The notes beneath the pieces were generated by a model. The model had not been told where the DNA came from, ran no database searches, and was given only the letters and a program-made list of their open reading frames with translations. The position numbers and the translations under genes were made by a program. From an uncultured Acidimicrobiales bacterium (lineage in GTDB: Bacteria > Actinomycetota > Acidimicrobiia > Acidimicrobiales > UBA10347): a DNA stretch of 64,000 bases. This document shows positions 41,253 to 51,720 of the stretch, one piece after another; the stretch's first letter is position 1; every line of letters begins with the position of its first letter. The stretch lies in NCBI GenBank assembly GCA_943788915.1, contig CALSSD010000006.1, forward strand, positions 310,001-374,000. Reading direction: 5' to 3'.

Positions 41253-41887
41253 GCGCGCCGGTCGACACCTCTGGAGACGAGGGTTCTGGAGACGACACCC
41301 CTCTAGAGGAGACCTCTGCAGACGAGGTTTCTGGTGCACGCCGGTTTCTGCGCCAGTGGGGACCTCTGGTGATGGGAACCCTCCTTATTGGACTGCTGTT
41401 GCGGTCGTTCGTGGTGCAGTCCTACGAGATCCCGTCGGAGTCCATGTTGCCGACTCTTGAAGATGGCAACCGGGTCGTCGTGAACCACCTGAGTTATCAG
41501 CTGGGAGAAGTCGAACGGGGCCAGGTTGTCGTGTTCGACCGGCCACCGTCGCTCGACGGCGAGAACGATCTCATTAAGCGAGTCATTGGGCTTCCAGGCG
41601 AGACCATCCGGCTGGTTGATACCAATGTCTATATCGAAGGCCTCCGAGTCATTGAGCCGTATCTGCTGGTGTCGGAGTCCACCCGTTCGAAGGGCCCAAT
41701 TCCGGGTTGTGCACAACCGCTAGCTGATGCGAATCAGTGTGTGATCCCTGAGGGCCATGTCTTCGTGATGGGTGACAATCGCAGGGGGTCTGCTGATAGC
41801 CGCGAGTTCGGCCCGGTAGGTATTGACACTATTGTCGGTCGGGCAGTCGGGATCGTGTGGCCCCCGACTGACCTGTCCCAGTTGTAG
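41249..41887 (+). CDS. lepB: Signal peptidase I (copy 1)
   Basis: IPSESMLPTL, LIKRVIGLPGE, MGDNR..S.DSR. Confidence 0.93.
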   Translation: MSAPVDTSGDEGSGDDTPLEETSADEVSGARRFLRQWGPLVMGTLLIGLLLRSFVVQSYEIPSESMLPTLEDGNRVVVNHLSYQLGEVERGQVVVFDRPPSLDGENDLIKRVIGLPGETIRLVDTNVYIEGLRVIEPYLLVSESTRSKGPIPGCAQPLADANQCVIPEGHVFVMGDNRRGSADSREFGPVGIDTIVGRAVGIVWPPTDLSQL

Positions 41888-41950
41888 AACGCTGGCATCG
41901 CGGAACATGGGCGCGACCGAGGCCACGGCGACGCACGATAGTCTTTACAG

Positions 41951-42992
41951 GTGACTACCAGCGGCGAACCGCCTGTGGGCGACGGCGGCGTCGGTGAGCC
42001 TGACTGGATCGACCAGATCCTTGAGCGAGCAACGACCGAGACCGATGCTGTGTCCGCATCAGGGTCGGCCAGCCTCCCGATCGTGCCAGCCCCAGATCGC
42101 CCTGTTGTAAAGCGAGCGCCTGCTGCGCCCGACGGTCTTGCCGAGATCCGGTGGGTTGATTCTCCTCAGGTCACACCAGCCAGCACGCCGATCACTCAGC
42201 CGCCGATCACCAGCCGCCGGTCACTCAGCCGCCGGTCACCCGGCTCAGAGTGCAGCGGTGCCTCGTGCTCCTGTGTCCAGCTCTGCCGTGCTGACTCCCG
42301 AGGCGGTTGGCCGGTCGGCATGGGACTCGGAGCTGGCATCGGTCGGTCAGAGTGACCCAGAGGGCTGGGACAAGTTGTCGTGGCAAGACCTTGATGAGAA
42401 ACGGTCGTCTGGTCACAGCCCGCTCCGAGAACAAACGAGTTTCGGTCGCTTGCTCCGCGAGTGGGGACCGGTTTTGTTTGCTGCCGTCGTGATTGCGTTG
42501 TTTGTGCGCCTCGTGTTGGTTCAGGCGTATCACATTCCGTCTGCGTCGATGGTTCCTACCCTTGAAGAGGGTGACCGCGTGGTCGTCAATCGACTGAGTT
42601 ATCAGTTCGGAGAGGTAGAGCGAGGTCAGGTCGTCGTCTTTAAGAAGCCGCAAGGTTCCTCGGGACAGAACGACCTAATCAAGCGAATTATTGGACTCCC
42701 CGGCGAGACAATTCGGTTTGCTGACAATCAGGTATATGTCAATGGGCTTCGGCTCGAAGAGCCGTATTTGGCCGAACAAGACAGTACCCGGCCTCGATTA
42801 ACTATCCCCGGGTGCGCGCAGACCACGCCCGCACCGGACACGTGTGTGGTCCCAGAAGGCACTATTTTCATGATGGGCGACAACCGGTTGGGCTCATCTG
42901 ACAGCCGCGTATTTGGGCCGATCGAAATAGACAGTGTGGTCGGCCGCGCATTCTTGCGAGTTTGGCCCCTTAATAATCTGGGCGAACTCTAG
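41951..42992 (+). CDS. lepB: Signal peptidase I (copy 2) with long Pro-rich N-terminal extension; indel(s) in 15-nt repeats at 42188-42245
   Basis: IPSASMVPTL, LIKRIIGLPGE, MGDNR..SSDSR; TAGTCT-N6 before GTG 41951. Confidence 0.85.
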
Positions 42993-43729
42993 CCGTAGAC
43001 CCGTTCGTGGGCGTTCAACATGCGGTCGACGTGATCGCCAAATATGGCGTCACAACCCATGTTCAATAATTCCGAGGCCACTCGTTCCAGGTGGGCGTCC
43101 CACCCAAGGCAATAGACCCCGAAACGGTGGTAGAGAGTCGTCAGGCCACCGGACCAGTCAGGGGCGCGAAAGTTCACGGCGTCGATCTGGCGATCGAATA
43201 ATACCGATGCATGGCGTTCTGGGCCCCCTTCGACTTTGGCCAGTCGGGTGCTGTGTACCAGGCGGACATCGGACCAGCGTCGGCGCCACGATGTCACGAG
43301 CTCAAGGTCGGGATGGCAGAGCCATGTCCGTGCTACGAGGTCGTGCCCCGTTGCCTCGCTCATCGCCCGGACAGCATCCACCGTGGGGTCTATAGCGTCG
43401 GGTGTCTTGATATCGAGAGCCAGCTCGTAATCGGCGCCTAGGGCGTCGTAGAGATCTGTCAGTGTGGGCACAGTGGCCGGCAGATCTGCGGCCACTGTTT
43501 CGGCGACTTTGCGCCGACGCAGCCGACTGCCGAACGAGCCGTCGTGAATCAGGACTGCCTGGTTGTCCTTCGACAGCCATACGTCGCTTTCCAGTCCATT
43601 CGACCCAAGTTTGAGTCCGGTCCGGAATGCCTCAAGCGTGTTCTCCGGTGCGTGTGCGGCCCCACCCCGATGCGCAAAAAGGATGGGCTTATCGAGTTGA
43701 GGGGAGATCCACGGACTCACGAGCCCCAT
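42989..43729 (-). CDS. Glycerophosphodiester phosphodiesterase family (second copy)
   Basis: FAHRGG, PENT, LESDV, LDIK, AIFGD. Confidence 0.9.
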   Translation of the reverse strand: MGLVSPWISPQLDKPILFAHRGGAAHAPENTLEAFRTGLKLGSNGLESDVWLSKDNQAVLIHDGSFGSRLRRRKVAETVAADLPATVPTLTDLYDALGADYELALDIKTPDAIDPTVDAVRAMSEATGHDLVARTWLCHPDLELVTSWRRRWSDVRLVHSTRLAKVEGGPERHASVLFDRQIDAVNFRAPDWSGGLTTLYHRFGVYCLGWDAHLERVASELLNMGCDAIFGDHVDRMLNAHERVYG

Positions 43730-43765
43730 AATGCCCCCAAATTCAGAGAAAAAAACACAAAACCC

Positions 43766-43792
43766 TCAACTCGCAATGGCCCGAGCCGATCA
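43766..43792 (+). promoter_or_regulatory. Putative sigma-28 (FliA/WhiG)-type promoter
   Basis: TCAA-N15-GCCGATCA with an A-tract upstream, then AAGGAG SD and ATG 43816. Confidence 0.5.
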
Positions 43793-43815
43793 GAGGTGGG
43801 AAGGAGTTCTACGTT

Positions 43816-44148
43816 ATGGCACGAGTTCGAGCAACATGTGATCACTGTGGTGACACGGAACTATCGATCGAAGCGGTATCGGTTCGTATTTGTCGAGAGG
43901 ACCACGACGGCACCTATGCGTTCGCTTGCCCTGAATGTGACTGTCTGCACGAGAAGGAAGCAAGCCGCCGCACGCTTGACCTTCTGGTTGCATCGGGTGC
44001 GTCCGTTACCTTCTGGTCTGTGCCCGTGGAACGTTTGGTCGACCTCAGTATTGGGCCCTTGACGCACGATCATCTCTTGGACTTCCATGACAGGCTGCAA
44101 GACGAAGGCACAATCGCCGCCGCGCTTGGTGAACTCGTCGGCGAGTAG
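43816..44148 (+). CDS. Zinc-ribbon hypothetical protein
   Basis: CDHC...CPEC; AAGGAG SD. Confidence 0.75.
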   Translation: MARVRATCDHCGDTELSIEAVSVRICREDHDGTYAFACPECDCLHEKEASRRTLDLLVASGASVTFWSVPVERLVDLSIGPLTHDHLLDFHDRLQDEGTIAAALGELVGE

Positions 44149-44207
44149 TGACGAACCCTTTCCCAGGCGCAGCCGGAGCGCACCCGAATAGCGGTTAAGC
44201 TCTTGGG

Positions 44208-44600
44208 ATGTTGAACATCGGCGGCGCCGAGCTGCTGATCATCCTTCTTGTCGCCCTTATCTTCTTGGGACCTCAACGTCTGCCCGAGGCGGCCCGACAG
44301 CTGGGGCAAGCTGTTTCCAGCCTGCGTTCGTTGGCGTCAGGCTTTCAAGCCGAGATTGAGGCAGCTTCGAAGCCCGCTCGGGGGCCATCCATGACGCTTG
44401 ATGGCCCCACTGATCAGAGCGAGGCCATCGCTGCTACCCAAGATCCATTCGCCATCAAACAAGCGGCGCTTGAGATGGACGTGGACCAAGCCGAAACGAA
44501 ACCGGTTTCTGCCGGCGGTCCCACTGACCTGACAACGCCAGACCTGAAAACGTCGGATCCCACAGCGCCAAACCTGGCTGATGGCGACGAACAAGAATGA
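44208..44600 (+). CDS. tatB: Twin-arginine translocase TatB (TatA/B family)
   Basis: NIGGAELLIILLVALIFLGPQRLPE. Confidence 0.85.
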   Translation: MLNIGGAELLIILLVALIFLGPQRLPEAARQLGQAVSSLRSLASGFQAEIEAASKPARGPSMTLDGPTDQSEAIAATQDPFAIKQAALEMDVDQAETKPVSAGGPTDLTTPDLKTSDPTAPNLADGDEQE

Positions 44601-45401
44601 ACGCCACCGCTAACAAGACGGCTGGTTCGCACGGGACGATGAGTCTGATTGACCATCTGACCGAGCTGCGCAAACGGATCATCATTTCGGTTGTCGCCGT
44701 CGCGGTCGGTGCAGTAGTGGCCTACATCTTCTACAACCGGATCCTGGAATTCTTGCTAGAGCCCCATTGCCAGATCAATGGTGATGATGGGCTGCTCCAA
44801 GGATGTGGCTTATTGGCCCGGAGCCCGCTTGAAGGTTTCTCCGTTCGACTCATGGTGTCTACCTACACGGGAGTTGGCATAGCAATGCCGATCATCTTGT
44901 GGCAGCTCTGGAGCTTCGTGGCCCCGGGTCTGTACCCCCAGGAACGCAAGTACGGCCTGTCATTTGTTGTGCTGTCGTTCGTCCTCTTCGCCTTTGGTGC
45001 AGGCCTTGCGTATTGGAGCCTGCCGCGGGCGCTTGAGTTCTTGGTCGACGTCGGCGGTCCCAACCTCGAAAACGTCTATAGCCCGAAGGAATACATCGGT
45101 TTCGTCGTCAAGATGATGCTCGGTTTCGGTCTTGGGTTCGAGTTCCCCATCGCTGCTCATCTTCATGCAACTTATTGGGTTGGTAGACAACAAGATGTTG
45201 CGTGCTGGGCGCAGATTCGCTTTGGTCGGCATCGTGGCTCTGGTCGCGGTGCTCACACCTAGCGGCGATCCGTACACACTTATGGTGCTGTCAGTACCTA
45301 TGTATCTCTTCTACGAGATCTCGATTGTGTTTGGCTGGTGGCGAAGCCGGAAACAGTCAAAGAGCCAGAAACAGTCCGTCGAAGAGTCCCAGAGCAGCTG
45401 A
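44597..45401 (+). CDS. tatC: Twin-arginine translocase TatC; apparent frameshift near 45150
   Basis: MSLIDHLTELRKR, WSFVAPGLYPQE, GFEFP, then TPSGDP and LFYEISI in the next frame. Confidence 0.92.
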
Positions 45402-45407
45402 TCCAGC

Positions 45408-47950
45408 ATGACTGATTTGGAACCCCGAGATTTCCCACTTGACCGGTTCCAGCGCGAGGCGATCGAAGCGTTTGACGATGGCGAAAGTGTGCTGGTCTCC
45501 GCGCCAACGGGTGCGGGCAAGACCGTGATCGCCGAGCATGCGATCGAGCGCATGCTTCAGGCTGGCCAGCGCATGTTCTATACCTCGCCGATCAAGGCGT
45601 TGGCTAACCAAAAGTTTCGCGACTTCGGTCGACGATACGGCACCGACAACGTCGGCTTGCTCACCGGCGATATCACCATCAGAGGTGACGCTCCGGTCGT
45701 GGTGATGACGACCGAAGTGCTGCGTAACATGCTGTACGAGGGCTCGGGAAGGATTCGTGACCTGGGCTGCGTCGTCCTCGACGAGGTTCACTATCTGCAG
45801 GACAAGCAGCGTGGCCCGGTGTGGGAAGAGGTTCTGTTGAATCTGCCGCGCGATGTTCGAACCGTGTCGTTATCGGCCACTGTTTCCAACGTTGGCGAAT
45901 TCGTTGACTGGTTGACGACCGTGCGCGGTCCGACCAGGCTGGTGGAGGAGCGCACCCGGCCCGTTCCGTTGCGTCACCTGTTTGCCGCAACTCACAAAGA
46001 ATCGCGTTACACCCATCGGGAACCATTGCTTAAGGGCCGACGCCTTGCCGTGCAATCTGAAAAGTTTCGGCCAGAACGTTCCCGGGCTAAATCGTCTGAT
46101 CGTCGTCGTCTCGTGGGGGTCGTGACAACCGGCCAACAAGCAAATGGGCGCCACCGCGCCGGTCGGAGTTGGTCGACGATCTGATTGCTGACGATCAGGG
46201 TCCGGTGATTTGGTTTATCTTCTCCCGAGCCGGTTGCGATGAAGCTGTTCAGCAGTGTCGCAAAGCCGGTCTGCGTTATACCAATGACGATGAAGCCGAT
46301 GAACTTGCCGCGATTCTGCACGATGCCACCCGAGATATCGATGATGATGACTGGTACAGCCTTGGTCTGGATGCATGGCAAGAGTCGTTCGAGGCCGGTA
46401 TTGCGAGCCACCACGCAGGGCTGATCCCAGCGGTCAAGGAAGCCGTCGAAAAGGCCTTTGTTCGAGGCCTTATTAGCGCAGTATTCGCCACGGAGACCCT
46501 GGCACTCGGTGTGAACCTGCCTGCCCGCACGGTGGTTCTTGAAAAGCTTGTCAAATACAACGGCGAAACGCACGAACTCCTGACTCCGCTCCAATTCACC
46601 CAACTTGCTGGCCGGGCCGGGCGGCGGGGTCTTGACGACGAAGGCACCGTCGTGAGTTGCTGGTCACAACGAACAAAGGTCGACGACGTTGCTGAACTTG
46701 CGGCCAGCACCGACTTCCCGCTGCGTTCTGCGTTCGCCCCAAACTACAACATGGTCGCCAATCTGATCCGCCACGCAGATCGCGAGACAGCCCGCCGATT
46801 TGTTACCCAATCGTTCGCTCAGTTTCAGCGAGACAAGAGCGTGGTTACCGCCGAAGCCCGTCAGGTTGGCATCGTCGATCAGATTGAAGCCGCACAACGT
46901 GATGTTCACTGTGACCACGGCGACGTCGTGGCATGGCTCGCTGAGCAATCCAGCCAAGCGTTGGCAGACGACGACGAACTCGGTCAGCTGCGCCCAGGTT
47001 CGGTCATCGCCCATGGGGCCGGTGCCATTGTGGCGTCGGTGGCGCACCGTGGCGGTGGGTTAGTTGTGCGGACACTGGATGCGCAGGGGCGCACCGCGAG
47101 TTATGGCCAAGGCGACTTACCTTCGCCCATCTCGGTGCTGGGGTATGAGCAGTTGCCACCAGGGCTGGCCCCGACGAGTCACGAGGCAGCGGAATGGGCT
47201 ATGCGGCAGCTGGCAGCGAATTGGACGATTGCTCAGACCGGCGGTGTCGGTGCATGCGATCAACTTGACCGACACCTCGCTGGTGTCAAGGAGATTGAAC
47301 GCCTAGAACTCAAACTGGCGAAACAACAAGCCCGTGCTGACCGCCGCCAGGGGGCGTTGGTGGCAGAGTTCGACGCGGTAGCAGACATCTTGCACGAGCA
47401 AGGATTCGCTGCGGACTGGCACCTGAATCGCAAGGGCCACATCCTCACCAATGTGCACGGCGAGGCAGAGGCCGTGCTCGCTGAGGCGTTGGAGCACGGC
47501 GTCTTCAACGGCCTCGATGGACCTGAGTTGGCAGCGGTGCTGTCTGCCCTGGTCTACGAGACGCGGGGCGTCGGACGTGGCCCGTCGTTTCGTTGGCCGA
47601 CAAGCCGCGTGCGTAAGACAACCGGTCGCCTGCAACAGATGGCGAATAGGTTGCGTAATCTTGAACAACTGCGCCTCGATGATTTCTTGACCCGAGAGCC
47701 AGATCCTGGTCTGGTCGAGACGGTGTATGGCTGGGCCATGGGGGAGCCGTTGGATGTCGTGCTCGACGAGGAGATGACAGGCGGCGACTTTGTGCGCTCG
47801 ATGCGCATGGTGGTGGACATCTGCCGTCAGGTGGCCTCGGTCGCAGATGGCGAGCTCCGGGAAGCGGCCCGAGATGCGGTGTATGCAATCGATCGAGGCG
47901 TCGTCCGCGGCGCCAGCGATCTCGTGGCAACGGCTGACGAAGAAGAATAA
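45408..47950 (+). CDS. helY: Ski2-like DEAD/DEAH RNA helicase HelY; apparent frameshift near 46100-46115
   Basis: APTGAGKT, PIKALANQK, DEVH, SAT, HHAG, ATETLALGVN, QLAGRAGRRG. Confidence 0.9.
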
Positions 47951-47959
47951 TCGGCCGCC

Positions 47960-48575
47960 GTGGCAATTGCGAAGGGTGAGCAGTGGGGGCGTCCAGGACT
48001 GCTGCCCCCGGGTGCGCCAATTGCATCCAGCGATGCCGACGCGGCCAGATACCTGCAGACGGCCAGCACCACGGGCAATGCAGCGCCCCGAACAATTGGA
48101 CTCGAAGCGGGAGATCTGGCTCGCACCCTTGGTATTCGGGCGCTGTACGATCCGAAGTCACCGAAACATCTTGTGGCGGTCGACGCGCTCGAAGTTGAAC
48201 TCGACGATGGGTCGGTGCACCACGGGGTAGCGCACGCTGTTATCGGTTCTGTGCGGTGGCGTCGAGGGGCCGTGGCCATCATGAACGCTGCCTTCATCGG
48301 CACACGTAATATTGCTCCTCGTGCTCATCCCGGTGATGGAAAGGTTGATGTGGTCCGTCTCGACCTGGACCTAAGTGATCGAATAAAGGCCTGGAAACGG
48401 ATGGTCACTGGCACCCATGTGCCCCATCCGGACATCACGATTCGTCAACGCCAGAGATGGTGCCATCGAACTCGATCGACCGGCGCGGGTGCGTGTCGAT
48501 GGCCGCTCAGTGGGGACGAGCGCAACCGTGCGTTATCGGGTCATTTCTGGTGCTGTCGTGGTGGCAGTGTCGTGA
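47960..48575 (+). CDS. Diacylglycerol-kinase (YegS) C-terminal-like protein; apparent frameshift near 48455
   Basis: GDLARTLG, NIAPRAHPGDGKVDV, then RVRVDG and stop 48573-48575 in the next frame. Confidence 0.65.
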
Positions 48576-48639
48576 CCAAACACATTGCCAAGGCAACATG
48601 TCCGACTTGGTCTGAGATCCCGCCTAAGGTTTGCATCCT

Positions 48640-50251
48640 GTGAGCGCCTACATCGCCGAAGAATTCGACGACGCCGAAGCCGATGTGCTTCGTCGGTATT
48701 TCACCAATCTGGACCTTCCCGTCTTTGCGTTAGTGAACTTGCCCGAAGTTGTTAAGGGGGCGCTGTTTGCGCGCTACTCCCGATCTGCGAAATCGCTTCG
48801 TCGTTTGTTCCTTGATGAGTTTGTTGGAGACCTCGACATCGAGGGCGACGTCACCATCGATGCGACGGTTGGGCTGGAACGTGCCGAAGAGCTGTACACC
48901 CGAATCTTCTTCGAGTACGGCGACGACTCTGTCGCCCAGCTCGGTGGTGTGCATCTGGCGTGTGAGCAGGCCTCTAACCTGCTGACCAAAGTGCTCGAGT
49001 GGGGTCGGCTCATGTCGTACCTCGAGCAGAGCACCCGGTACATCGCGTACGACACCCGTTTGGGCGGTCGTTACCGGTACTACCGACCGCCTGCCGTGCT
49101 CAAGTCTGAACTCGGCACTCGATATGTGGCCGAGATGGACCGCATGTTCTCGGGTTATTCGGCGTTGATCCCAGGGCCTAACCGAATTCTTCCGCACCCA
49201 AACACCGAAGCGCGAAGCCGACTCGGACTTCATCTATCGTCAAGCCATCAAGGCCAAAGCCCTGGATTCGATCCGGGGCATGTTGCCAGCGGCATCGATT
49301 TCGAACCTCGGTATCTACGGCACCGGCCAGGCCTACGAAGCGCTGTTGCTCCGTATGCGAACGCATCCGTTGCCCGAGGCGCAGGCCTATTCCGACATGA
49401 TGCTGACGGAACTGCGCAAGGTCATTCCGTCGTTCCTACGTCGAGTAGATATCGAAGATCGTGGTATTGCAACAAGCAACTACTTCGAGACCAACCACGG
49501 TGCGATGTCAGATATTGCGTCGTCGATCTTTGGTGATACTGAACCAGAACCTGCTCCAGGTGTTCGACTGTTGGACTTCGACCCAGAGGGCGAAGCCAAG
49601 GTGGTCGCTGCTGCGTTGTATCCGCACACCATGTTGCCAGAAGACCAGGTCATGCGACGAGTGCATGCCATGTCGGTCGAGGAACGGGTGGCAATCCTGC
49701 GGGCGTACTGCGGGGAACGAACGAATCGTCGCCACCGGCCCGGAAGGGCTCTCGAGAGGCCGTTCTACCGTTTTGATGTACTCGCTGACTACGGCGCTTT
49801 CCGTGATCTGCAGCGACACCGGATGATGACGATCGACTGGCAGACACTTCGACCGGATCATGGCTATGAGAAGCCCGAAGCGGTTGAACTCGCGGGTGTT
49901 ACCGGCGAGTTCGAAGACGTTATGGAACGTTCAGCGGAACTGTTCGACACCCTGGTTGATCCGTTTCCGACCGAAGCGTCCTACGCCGTGTCGCTCGCCT
50001 ACAAGCTGCGATTTGTTATCGACCTGAATGCACGTCAAGCCATGCATATGCTTGAGCTTCGGACCTCGCCTCAGGGCCACCCGGCCTACCGAGTCGTCTG
50101 CCAAGACATGCACCGATTGATCGCCGAAGAGGCCGGACACCATGCGATCGCCGAGATGATGCATTTCGTAGACCATTCCGAAGAACAACCCTTGGAACGG
50201 CTCGATGCCGAGCGGCGGGCCGAAGCAAAAAGGTCCGGGCTGTCCGGTTAG
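48640..50251 (+). CDS. thyX: Two-domain flavin-dependent thymidylate synthase; apparent frameshift near 49170-49178
   Basis: GALFARYSRS, EYGDDSVAQL, EQSTRY, FRDLQRHR, ELRTSPQGHPAYR. Confidence 0.9.
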
Positions 50252-50349
50252 GTTGCCGTACGTGACAATGAACCTTGGATCGGTGCGCCCACTTGGGCGC
50301 TGCGCTGTCTATAGTCCCGCGATACAGAGATTTCGAATGGATACCCCCT

Positions 50350-50862
50350 GTGGCTGAAGACGAAGAAATAGTCGAAACCGAAGAGCTTGAACTTGCCAAC
50401 ACAGGCGACGATGGCGACGAGCTTGATGAAGACATCGAAGACGATGATTTCGAAGACGAGGTGTTCGCCGTCGATGGTGAGTTCTCCGATGACGATGACG
50501 ATGATGATGATGATGAAGACGACGACGATGCCAAAGCTGCTGCCAAGCAGACTGCAGCCAAGGCCGACGAAGACGACGAAGACGAACCAGATCCCGATGA
50601 TGTCGAAGAGGACCTTGACGTCATCCTGAAGGATCGTCTTGCTTCAGGCGATGACCTCGACGACGACGAGGAAGACGACGAAGATCAGGTCGTAGCACCG
50701 CCGATTACCGCGACCGAGGGCGACAAGGTCGCACCCAAACGCGAAGACGAGTGGACCTGCACCGGGTGTTTCCTGATTGTGTCGGCCCGCCAGTTCGGCA
50801 AACGTTCTACTGCGACCTGTCCGTCTGGGGTGTCGGACTGTCCTTCGCTTGCGAAGTTGTGA
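50350..50862 (+). CDS. DUF4193-like highly acidic protein with C-terminal Cys cluster
   Basis: Long D/E tracts; EDLDVILKDRL; DEWTCTGCFL...CPSG..DCP. Confidence 0.75.
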   Translation: MAEDEEIVETEELELANTGDDGDELDEDIEDDDFEDEVFAVDGEFSDDDDDDDDDEDDDDAKAAAKQTAAKADEDDEDEPDPDDVEEDLDVILKDRLASGDDLDDDEEDDEDQVVAPPITATEGDKVAPKREDEWTCTGCFLIVSARQFGKRSTATCPSGVSDCPSLAKL

Positions 50863-51236
50863 ACCCAACGGGCGGCGACAAGTCAGTGATTGATCGGATG
50901 CTCGATGCGGGCGTGTTTGCCCCACTCGGACTTCTGATCACCCGCGATCAGGTGCGTGACGACGTCGTCGCCGCTGGCCGCAAGCAGGTGGCGTTCGCCC
51001 GATCACTTGGCAGGGCAGCGCTACAGGGATTTACACGCGGCACTTCTGCTGCCCCAGCGACACCCACTGCTCCCGTAGTTGTCGAGGTCCCCGGGTATGA
51101 CACCATGACTGCTCGTGACGTTGTAATGCTGCTCAAGGCAGCTACTACAGCGCAGGCACAATGGATCAAGTCTCACGAGTCAGCCGGCAAGCGGCGGGTG
51201 ACGATCCTGCGCGCAGCCGACAACGTTCTCGGCTGA
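50859..51236 (+). CDS. Hypothetical protein
   Basis: GTGA overlap; VFAPLGL, PGYDTMTARDVV, HESAGKRRVTIL. Confidence 0.7.
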   Translation: MNPTGGDKSVIDRMLDAGVFAPLGLLITRDQVRDDVVAAGRKQVAFARSLGRAALQGFTRGTSAAPATPTAPVVVEVPGYDTMTARDVVMLLKAATTAQAQWIKSHESAGKRRVTILRAADNVLG

Positions 51237-51237
51237 C

Positions 51238-51708
51238 GTGCCCGATCTCGTCTCTGCACGTCCGGCAACACCAGCCGACACCATGGTCACGGCAGCACTT
51301 GCACAACAGGCGATGGTGACCGTGCGAGATGAACGGGGCGGACGTTGGCATCTCGACCACGATAGCGACACCACCGATCCTGCGACCCGCCATGCGCTCG
51401 CTCTACAAACAGCTGGTCAGCAGCTTGTGGTCGGATGCATCGAAGACGTGGTTGTCGGTTACGGGCTGGCATATCTGAGCCCTACGACTGATGGCCAGAT
51501 CTGCATGATCGAGGAGCTGGTGGTGCACCCACGGGCCCAAGCAATCGGTGTTGGATCTGAAATCTTGGCCCAGGTGCGATCGTGGGCGATCGCAACGAGT
51601 TGTCAAGCCATCGAATCTCAGGTGCTACCGGGCAATCGGGCAGCGAAGAACTTCTTCGAGCGAGTGGGCATGAAGACCCGCAAGATGCGAGTCAGCGCAG
51701 ACCTCTAG
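51238..51708 (+). CDS. GNAT acetyltransferase
   Basis: IEELVVHPRAQAIGVG, NRAAKNFFERVG. Confidence 0.88.
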   Translation: MPDLVSARPATPADTMVTAALAQQAMVTVRDERGGRWHLDHDSDTTDPATRHALALQTAGQQLVVGCIEDVVVGYGLAYLSPTTDGQICMIEELVVHPRAQAIGVGSEILAQVRSWAIATSCQAIESQVLPGNRAAKNFFERVGMKTRKMRVSADL

Positions 51709-51720
51709 CCCGTACCTGCG

